Positions 40,901-48,581 of a DNA stretch of 64,000 nt are shown here, in pieces (positions within the stretch are counted from its first letter, which is position 1; every line of letters starts with the position of its first letter). The DNA comes from a virus. Taxonomy: Duplodnaviria; Caudoviricetes. Location: IMG/VR virus record IMGVR_UViG_3300037067_017690, positions 1 to 64,000 of that record, one strand, 5' to 3'. A program made the translations under genes and the position numbers. A model generated the notes under the pieces. It had not been told where the DNA came from, did not search any database, and saw only the letters and a program-made list of their open reading frames with translations.

Positions 40901-41152
40901 ATGATTTGAAAAATTTATAAAAAGATATAAAAATTTCTCGTATACAAATAATAATTCATATACATTTTTTGAAAATTAAATTTTCAAAATGGGTAAACCA
41001 TCTACCCTTGCTTGTTTAGCAATTTTAAATTGCTTATATTTCTCTATTCTAATTTAGCTATGCTAAATTTTATAAATCTACTCAAAGTTGATTTATAAAA
41101 AATATTATAAATCATATAAAATTTTATAATAAAATTAAATATTAATCTTTAT
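40901..41152 (-). mobile_element. Non-autonomous mini-IS607 (ends plus omegaRNA-like scaffold, no ORF)
   Basis: Both ends and internal hairpins match the IS607 at 59518..61469; bounded by AT dinucleotides. Confidence 0.85.
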
Positions 41153-42029
41153 AATTTGGTCCAGAAATATCTACTAATTCAAATCCATTCTTTAAATACA
41201 CATTTCCATTACTGAATCTTCTATCTGCATAAGTAATTAAAGATTTTGGAGAATAAATCTTAATAAAGTATGATAGCAACTTACTAAATCCACCCATCAC
41301 ATTAGTATTCAATTTATTACAATACCTCAATAATTCATATTCATACTTCTTGTTATATCTTGGTTTACCAAATGTTGCCAATGCAACTAATTTTTCATTA
41401 AAAAATAATCCTAAATTGATAGATGATTTGACTTCATCTTGAATATGATTGTGATATAAAAATTCAGAACAATCTTTATATTTGAGTTGTTTTATTTCAC
41501 ATTTTCTAGCATGGATTTTTTCTTTGATTAATCCTAATTTAGTTAATATTATGGATTTTACAATTTCTTGTTTTTGAATCCATTCTGATTCAAATATGTG
41601 AATTATTTGAATTCCTTTATTTAAGAAATATTCTGATTTATTGAGATGATATGTGGGAATTTTTCCTCCTCCGATTTCGGAATGCCAATAAAGCCCATTG
41701 AATTCTATCCCTATATTTTTTGAAGGAATATAGATGTCTAATTCATATTTGTATTTCTTTTCATAATATCTTTTGTTGCATTCAATTGAAATGTGCTCTT
41801 GGAGCCAATTTTGAAGTTCTGATTCTATGTTTGAAAAGCCAGAAAATATTGGATAACATTTAAGACATCTAGGTATAATTCCATTCAAAATTGATTGATT
41901 AAAAATATTATTGCACTTTATGCATTGCCAAGGATAATTTTCATGACCATTAGTATAATCTTCTAATGAAAATAATGGCCTGATTGTTTTAAAATTCAAA
42001 ATTTTATTATAGAATTTTTTATTCTTAGT

Positions 42030-42660
42030 TTTTAATATTTTTGTTTTAATTGGATTAGATTGTTGTGGATAATTTGTTCCATATTTTTTAAGATTGGTTT
42101 GTTTTATTTGCTTTTTTATGGATTCATGTTGAAAATTCCATTCACAACCATATTTTTTAAGATTAGTTTGTTTTATTTTATTTTCAATTTTTTCAGATTG
42201 TCTTGGATTTTTTACTCCATATTTTTCAAGATTGGTTTGTTTAATCTTTTCCTTAGTTTCTTCTGATTGAAAATTATGCTCTACTCCATATTTTTCAAGA
42301 TTAGTTTGTTTAATCTTTTCTCGAATTTTTTTAGAGCTCAGGACATTTTCACAACCATATTTTTCAAGATTAGTTTGTTTTATTTTATTTTTTATTTTTT
42401 CAGATTGAAATGGATTTTCTACTCCATATTTTTTAAGATTAGTTTGCTTGGATTTTTCTTGTACATATTTATTTTTCATAGAACATTTATGTCCATATTT
42501 TTCAAGATTGGTGGCATTTTGTTTGGCCTTTACAAATATGTTTTGCGAAGAATGTTTTACTCCATATTTTTCAAGATTAGTTTGTTTTATTTTATTTTTT
42601 ATTTTTTCAGATTGAAATGGATTTTCTACTCCATATTTTTTAAGATTAGTTTGCTTGGCG
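42030..42660 (-). repeat. 69-bp coding tandem repeats (KQTNL(E/K)KYG...), about 9 copies
   Basis: 23-aa period; a near-exact block duplication 207 bp apart. Confidence 0.85.
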
Positions 42661-42806
42661 AATTTTAATTTATACGTCATCCCTTCCTTAGAAAAAGAAC
42701 ATTTTTGAGAACAAAATGTTTTATGATTATGATTTTTTCGACATACTGGGCATATACTCATAAAAAGAATATACCGCAATTATAATTTTTCAAAAGAGGA
42801 ATTTTT

Positions 42807-44141
42807 ATGGCCGAAAATGACAATTTTAATTTATTGAAAGCAATTCAAGGTAGAAGAATTGTTTTTGAACGCATATTTCATGATGGATCTGGTTCGCCTC
42901 GAGATCCAGATAATTTCGGAATCGGCAATGTAAGTGAACCCAATTTTGTAATTAAAAGTCCAAAACAAGTCCAAGTATATATGGGAATCGGTGATAGATT
43001 AGACACAGGGAAATTTAGATTTGTATGGAATACTCCGATTGATGCTCAACCAGGAGAAGATTGGCAAATCGAATATGGTATGACAATATCAGGCACTTAT
43101 AGAACTCAAAAAGAAAAATTTACAGTGATTGATGTTGCAGATGTCGAAGATGTTGGTGCGGAATTGCATGAAGCAGAACAAAAAGATGAAATATTATTTT
43201 ATCTCGAGAATAATCCAGAATATTATGTAATTCAAATTGTGAGCAATGATGGTTATTTAATAGATCCAAATGAATTGGAAATTGTCATATTACCTGAAAA
43301 TGATGCCAATCCTGTTTATTCTGCAGGAAGACAAGATTTGAAATATTTATCAGTTGGAAAATATGAAGTAGAAATTCCAGGATTGTTACGAGGTGATTAT
43401 GTAATGATGTATCGTTACAGATATAATTCAACAACTCGTCCTGAAATGAAAGCTCTTAAATTAAAAATCATCACTCCATTACATTTTAGTGTAATGCCTG
43501 AAATTAGATTTCATATAGATAAAGCACAAAAATCTATGAATAAAGTTCAGGGATATACAGATGCAGATTTATTATTAGCTATGGGAATGTCAGCAGATTT
43601 CTTTAATGAACATCCTCCAAAATCAGCATTTGCCGCAGAAGAAGTAATGATGAATTGGAGATTATGTTTTATTTATGGTGCTTCTATCTGGGCATTAAAA
43701 GCTCAATATATTATGGAAGTTGATTTGAGTTTTGATTATTCAGGTCAAACAATTTCTTTGACTTATGATCATAAAGGGGATATTTCTTCTTATATTCAAA
43801 GTTTATTAGAAGAATATCGTACAATGATGGATAAAATCAAAACTCATATCGCTCTTGATAGTATTGCCGGAGGTTCCATCGGTAAAAGAGTTTATGGACC
43901 TGCAAATACATATATCTTTGGTGATCACGCAATTGATAGTGGAGGAGTTGGTCAAAATAATACTGGGAGAACGAATGCTGCTTCTCCAAGATCTGCAAAT
44001 CAAATAACGCAAAAAACTATAAATACAAATGATATGTATTGGTGGCATTCTGTTTATAAACGCAGTACGCCAAGTGGTCCTCAGAATAGTGCAAACCCTA
44101 TCGGGAATCCACGAATGTTTCCAGCAATTAAATTTCATTAA
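42807..44141 (+). CDS. Putative head-tail adaptor/neck protein
   Basis: Two Ig-like segments, then YTDADLL..., FNEHPP, FDYSGQTISL..D. Confidence 0.6.
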   Translation: MAENDNFNLLKAIQGRRIVFERIFHDGSGSPRDPDNFGIGNVSEPNFVIKSPKQVQVYMGIGDRLDTGKFRFVWNTPIDAQPGEDWQIEYGMTISGTYRTQKEKFTVIDVADVEDVGAELHEAEQKDEILFYLENNPEYYVIQIVSNDGYLIDPNELEIVILPENDANPVYSAGRQDLKYLSVGKYEVEIPGLLRGDYVMMYRYRYNSTTRPEMKALKLKIITPLHFSVMPEIRFHIDKAQKSMNKVQGYTDADLLLAMGMSADFFNEHPPKSAFAAEEVMMNWRLCFIYGASIWALKAQYIMEVDLSFDYSGQTISLTYDHKGDISSYIQSLLEEYRTMMDKIKTHIALDSIAGGSIGKRVYGPANTYIFGDHAIDSGGVGQNNTGRTNAASPRSANQITQKTINTNDMYWWHSVYKRSTPSGPQNSANPIGNPRMFPAIKFH

Positions 44142-44149
44142 AGGATATT

Positions 44150-44545
44150 ATGACCCTTTCACAACTAATTAGACACGCTTCAGAATCTCATTCTTTAGAA
44201 TATTTGTTAACACTCCCAGCAATGAGTAAGATTGAAATGACAGGAGAAGACAATCAAGAATTTACTGTAATTGGAAAAAAAGGATTGTATTCTTATCAAA
44301 ATCAATCTGATCTTACACTTCAAGAATTGATTCAATTGCTTCCAATTCAAAAATACCAATTTGAAATAGAATTTGAACAAGAAGAAAGAGATATATTGAA
44401 TGAAGCTAGAATTCTTAGATCAATAATCCAGAGAAAACCAGAATTAAAAGAAAAATTAAAAGAATTAGAATCTGAAATAGCTAAAGATCCTAAATCGGCA
44501 TATGAGTATGCTTTAAATGCTAAAAACAAAATTGATAAATTTTAG
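44150..44545 (+). CDS. Internally deleted paralog of the 26-aa repeat proteins
   Basis: N-domain like 1583; a partial first repeat is joined directly to the terminal NAKNKIDK motif. Confidence 0.8.
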   Translation: MTLSQLIRHASESHSLEYLLTLPAMSKIEMTGEDNQEFTVIGKKGLYSYQNQSDLTLQELIQLLPIQKYQFEIEFEQEERDILNEARILRSIIQRKPELKEKLKELESEIAKDPKSAYEYALNAKNKIDKF

Positions 44546-44553
44546 GAGATACT

Positions 44554-45006
44554 ATGAATTTAAAAAATATTGCAAAAAAAATTGCTCAGATAACAAATTT
44601 TGATATAATGCAAGAATTAAATAAAGATCTTGAATTGGAATATGCTGCGGCAATTCAATACATTCAACACGCTGCTCAAATTAAAGGTGCAGAATTTTTC
44701 AGTGTACAAAAAGAATTAATAAAACATTCCGAAGAAGAAATGCAACACGCTGTAAAGATTAGTGAATGGATTAATACCCTTGGCGGCATTTCAACGATAG
44801 ATGTCGAAACAAGAAAAATTTCTGAGGATTCAATTGAAATGTTACATCAAGATTTAGATGGGGAAATGGATGCAATTTCACGATATAAAAATAGAATTGG
44901 CCAAGCTGAACAATTAGGTGAATTAGGATTAAAAAAAGATTTGATGGAAATTCTTTCTGAAGAAGAAGAACATCGTAGAGATTTAGAATTTGCAATAGGA
45001 TTATAA
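44554..45006 (+). CDS. Ferritin-like (bacterioferritin-type) di-iron protein with N-terminal leader
   Basis: LELEYAAAIQY, EEMQH, DGEMDAI..Y, EEEEH ferroxidase ligands; leader MNLKNIAKKIA. Confidence 0.88.
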   Translation: MNLKNIAKKIAQITNFDIMQELNKDLELEYAAAIQYIQHAAQIKGAEFFSVQKELIKHSEEEMQHAVKISEWINTLGGISTIDVETRKISEDSIEMLHQDLDGEMDAISRYKNRIGQAEQLGELGLKKDLMEILSEEEEHRRDLEFAIGL

Positions 45007-45007
45007 A

Positions 45008-46870
45008 ATGGCTGATCCATATGTTGAATTATTTAATATTGAACAATTTGCTGGCATTAATATAGCTGAGTCATATTATCAGTTTTATCTCTCTGCGATA
45101 AGACGTGATCCATTTTATGCTACTGATAGATTTTTAATTCCTTATCTTTTTACTCCAATCCAATTTAAAGCAGAAATTCATAATCATTCGAATCCAATTG
45201 GTTGGAAAGTAGAAGTCTATAATGGTAATGCAAAAATTTACGCATTTATAAATGAATCTGCTACATTTTTCTTTCAAATAACTCCTCGTAAAGGTCCGAA
45301 TAAAATTTATCTTGTTTTATACGATCAAACAAATAAACAATTTGAAACTATTCCTGTATTTTTTGAAGCTGTTGATTATTTAATGCCTTCATTTCCATTT
45401 ATAAATGAAATGGTAAAAAATCGAATTCATATAGAAAAATTATTGAATTATTCTATAACAAATGAAAAATTAAATTCTGTTGAAATTGAAGAAACTTGGG
45501 GTAAATTGGGAGCAAGATTTGATTCAAATAGATCCGATTCTTTAGATTCAGAATTATCCTACAGATTAAGAGTACGGACTTATCTTCAAGGTATTTATGA
45601 AAAGAAAGATAAAAATGATGGATTGAAAGATGTTCTATATTCAATTTTTGGAATTAATCCTATTATTGTTAATCATCAGGATATTAGATTTCCAATATCT
45701 GTTGTTGGTAATATAGGTTCTGCTACAAAATGGGCAAATGATGATTATGGATCATTTGGATCTGGGGCAATAGGCCAAATGGTATTACGAGATGAAACGA
45801 TTATCAATAATGGATTCGATGTAATTGTGTGGGGAGAAAAAGATGTAGATGTCATCAGAAATAAAATTGATCAAATTTCTCCTATTTATACAGAATATGG
45901 GATTAAACTCGGCTCAGACTATATCTCCTACGCTCTCTCGAGCCCCACAGACGAAAAGTTTACATTTGAAAAGGGGTTTCTCTATATAGATAGATTTAAC
46001 ATCGTAAACAAAAAAAATGAGCTCTCTCCGAGTGTTATAACAGTGATTGAAGAAACTATTCCATTTGAAATTGGGGAAAAGGTAAAACTGGGAAGTCAAG
46101 AATACACTGTAAAATTTATAGACACAAATGATAAAGAAATTGGTTTTGAAGAAAATATTTTAGAAACGGTTGATGGATTGAAAATTGGTTCAGCAGAAGA
46201 AGCAATATATGAAACAGATATATTGCCAATTCCAGATGAATCTATTTATTATGGAGATTTATTTCTGTATAAATTTAATACAGCAGAAGTAAATCTTTAT
46301 TTAAAAAGAGCCAAATCAACTTCTGAAATGTTATCAGTTTCATATACGCCATTCAATATTAATGAATTAGTATCTTATGGAATGGTAGATGATTTAATTG
46401 ATATGGAAACAACTGGACCAATATGGCAGACCGGGAGGACATATAATTTTGCTTCACCTGCTGGAAAATATATTTACAGAGAATTATCAGAACCATTACA
46501 CATTGATGGAATAGAATCATTTAAATTAACAGTTACTTCTAGTTTACCAGGAACTAATTTGTTATTTTTTGGATTAGGAACAAGATTATGGTCTAATTAT
46601 CAAGATATTGAATATTTAGTCCCTATTAATTTATCAGGAACTACTTCTGAAGATAAAGTGTTTGATGTTTCTGATATAGATGCAAAAATCATAAATAATA
46701 TAAGGTATATATATATAATACAAGGAACTTCTGGTTCTGTGTTTGTGGCCACATTTTCTAAATTAACAACAGATAAAACTTGTTCATTTTTTAAATTGAA
46801 AGCTACAGTTAAAAATGTCACTCAAAAATATGATTTTGCAATGGGTGATTTTATATTAAAGAAAATTTAA
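45008..46870 (+). CDS. Putative baseplate wedge/structural protein
   Basis: WGKLG...SYRLRV...GLKDVLYSIFGINP pattern seen in baseplate wedge proteins. Confidence 0.5.
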   Translation: MADPYVELFNIEQFAGINIAESYYQFYLSAIRRDPFYATDRFLIPYLFTPIQFKAEIHNHSNPIGWKVEVYNGNAKIYAFINESATFFFQITPRKGPNKIYLVLYDQTNKQFETIPVFFEAVDYLMPSFPFINEMVKNRIHIEKLLNYSITNEKLNSVEIEETWGKLGARFDSNRSDSLDSELSYRLRVRTYLQGIYEKKDKNDGLKDVLYSIFGINPIIVNHQDIRFPISVVGNIGSATKWANDDYGSFGSGAIGQMVLRDETIINNGFDVIVWGEKDVDVIRNKIDQISPIYTEYGIKLGSDYISYALSSPTDEKFTFEKGFLYIDRFNIVNKKNELSPSVITVIEETIPFEIGEKVKLGSQEYTVKFIDTNDKEIGFEENILETVDGLKIGSAEEAIYETDILPIPDESIYYGDLFLYKFNTAEVNLYLKRAKSTSEMLSVSYTPFNINELVSYGMVDDLIDMETTGPIWQTGRTYNFASPAGKYIYRELSEPLHIDGIESFKLTVTSSLPGTNLLFFGLGTRLWSNYQDIEYLVPINLSGTTSEDKVFDVSDIDAKIINNIRYIYIIQGTSGSVFVATFSKLTTDKTCSFFKLKATVKNVTQKYDFAMGDFILKKI

Positions 46871-46882
46871 GGAGAGTGAAAA

Positions 46883-47104
46883 ATGTATTATGAAAAAATC
46901 AAAAAATTATTACATGAAGAATACGGAATTCAAAATTTTGATTCGAATACTAAATTTAGTGAACTTGGATTAGATTCGTTAGATAAAGTTGAAATTATCA
47001 TGTATCTAGAAGAAGAATTCAATATTGAAATTACTGATGAAGAAGGAGATAATGTTAACACAGTAAAAGATTTAGTTGAATTAATTCAAAATAAGAAAAA
47101 TTAA
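46883..47104 (+). CDS. acpP: Acyl carrier protein
   Basis: ELGLDSLDKVEIIMYLEEEFNIEITDEE with the phosphopantetheine Ser. Confidence 0.93.
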   Translation: MYYEKIKKLLHEEYGIQNFDSNTKFSELGLDSLDKVEIIMYLEEEFNIEITDEEGDNVNTVKDLVELIQNKKN

Positions 47105-47505
47105 ACATTTTGTATAACAACCTTTTTAGTATCAACAAAATAAAGTGCTCTAATATTATATCCATTATTTCCCCTCAGATGTTGATAACTATAATTTAAT
47201 CTATAGATAATAAATCTTTCATCTTGATTGACACCGATCAAAAATTCTATTTTCCCAGTTTTGATTATAGGTGCCAATACACCACAATCTTCAGATTTGT
47301 ATTCCATAACATCAATAAGTTGCATTTTATTAGATTGTAATAAGTCATCAAAAGAAAAATTTTTTAAATGACTATTTAAATTAATCAATGACAATTCTAA
47401 TCCCATTTCTTTTTGCGCAACTTTAAGACCTTCAACCAAATCTGTTTTAGCAATAGGATCTTTCGCCACTTTTTTTATTTCTTCTGCTATTTTTGAAAGT
47501 TTCAT
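47101..47505 (-). CDS. Leader-bearing hypothetical protein
   Basis: MKLSKIAEEIKKVA; YSYQH..GNNG motif. Confidence 0.75.
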   Translation of the reverse strand: MKLSKIAEEIKKVAKDPIAKTDLVEGLKVAQKEMGLELSLINLNSHLKNFSFDDLLQSNKMQLIDVMEYKSEDCGVLAPIIKTGKIEFLIGVNQDERFIIYRLNYSYQHLRGNNGYNIRALYFVDTKKVVIQNV

Positions 47506-48218
47506 TTTATTTCTCCGATATATGTATTTTTTGGTTTTGGTATTACCCTTGGTCTTGGACTTTTAAATGGATCATCTTCGGGAGTTGGTTTTGTTTTTAC
47601 AGGTGTACGTAAAGGTCTTGTCACAGGTTTCTTTTCAGGAGCATGAACTTGAGCTGTTTTATTTTCTTCTTTTAATTGTTTGAATGCTCTTATGAAATCA
47701 TCGTTTTCAATTTCTGAGAGAAATTTTTCAATATTAACTGCTCTATCATCGCGATTCTGAAATATCTTTAGTTTTGGTGAATAGCCATAAACTTCATTAG
47801 TTATTTTATTTCTAATGAAATAAAGACCACCTATTTTAAGATATTCTTCCATGTATCTTGGAGTTTGAAGATCCATTCTGGTTTGTTTGAAATAATGGCA
47901 ATCTTCTATTCCTGTCATTTCTTTAATTAACCATTCTGAGTCTTCATAAATTGAAATAGAAACTACTTTCCTAATTTCTTCAGCTATTTTTTCAAGATTC
48001 AAAAGTTTTTGCACTTTATCTGTTATATATATTTGACATTTTAGTCCATACTTATGTGGATCTGTAATAATAGATTTTAATTTATCATTCGGTAGTTTAA
48101 TTAATTTATTATACCATGATTCCATTTGTTTATCATTATATTTTCCACATTCTGCCATGCTTTCTCTAATCACTGAAATTAAATCCGATTTATCATCAGC
48201 TATTTTTTTAAGATTCAT
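47502..48218 (-). CDS. Leader-bearing mosaic protein with a second internal leader and Pro-rich tail
   Basis: Start reassigned to MNLKKIADD after AAGGA SD; internal LNLEKIAEEIRKVV. Confidence 0.72.
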   Translation of the reverse strand: MNLKKIADDKSDLISVIRESMAECGKYNDKQMESWYNKLIKLPNDKLKSIITDPHKYGLKCQIYITDKVQKLLNLEKIAEEIRKVVSISIYEDSEWLIKEMTGIEDCHYFKQTRMDLQTPRYMEEYLKIGGLYFIRNKITNEVYGYSPKLKIFQNRDDRAVNIEKFLSEIENDDFIRAFKQLKEENKTAQVHAPEKKPVTRPLRTPVKTKPTPEDDPFKSPRPRVIPKPKNTYIGEIK

Positions 48219-48228
48219 AAAATTTTCC

Positions 48229-48570
48229 TTATGCGACATTAAAATGTACAGATTTTGGAAAACCAGATGTCCACCCACCAATATAAAAATCTTTATCACT
48301 AAGCTTATCTGGTATTTTTCCATTAACTGCTTTTATAATTGCTGGTGGCACAACCTTATTTAATACTTCATCTATATTATTATCAAGAGTGTCAATTTCT
48401 ATATTGACTGGTTGTTTAATAATTTCTTGATTTTTCGTCTTATAAAATCTAATTTTTGCTTTTACAGTAAATGATGGCACTTGTATGTTAATGGTAGTTT
48501 TATCATCATACACATATCCTTCAAACTTTGCCACTTTTCTAATTCTTTCAGCTATTTTTTTAAGATTCAT
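48229..48570 (-). CDS. Leader-bearing hypothetical protein
   Basis: MNLKKIAERIRKVA after AAGGA SD. Confidence 0.75.
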   Translation of the reverse strand: MNLKKIAERIRKVAKFEGYVYDDKTTINIQVPSFTVKAKIRFYKTKNQEIIKQPVNIEIDTLDNNIDEVLNKVVPPAIIKAVNGKIPDKLSDKDFYIGGWTSGFPKSVHFNVA

Positions 48571-48581
48571 AAATTTTTCCT

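Larger units (their letters stand above)
40733..42761 (-). pseudogene. Zn-ribbon + EKYG-repeat + PD-(D/E)xK-type endonuclease with GNAT/Mom-like C-domain, interrupted by a 250-bp insertion
   Basis: ELDIYIP...GIEFNGLYWH; ELLRYC...GGFSKLL...TYADRR. Removing the insertion restores GPNY-FYTK...RIWDCGNLVFELK* (592 aa). Confidence 0.85.

Noticed and set aside
40901-41152. Self-splicing group I intron or IStron
   Set aside because: Only 250 bp, very AT-rich, no recognisable catalytic core; the sequence is explained by IS607 ends and the tnpB 3' scaffold.
42060-42668. Plus-strand Phe/Ile-rich membrane-like ORFs
   Set aside because: Antisense shadows of the Lys-rich EKYG repeat gene.
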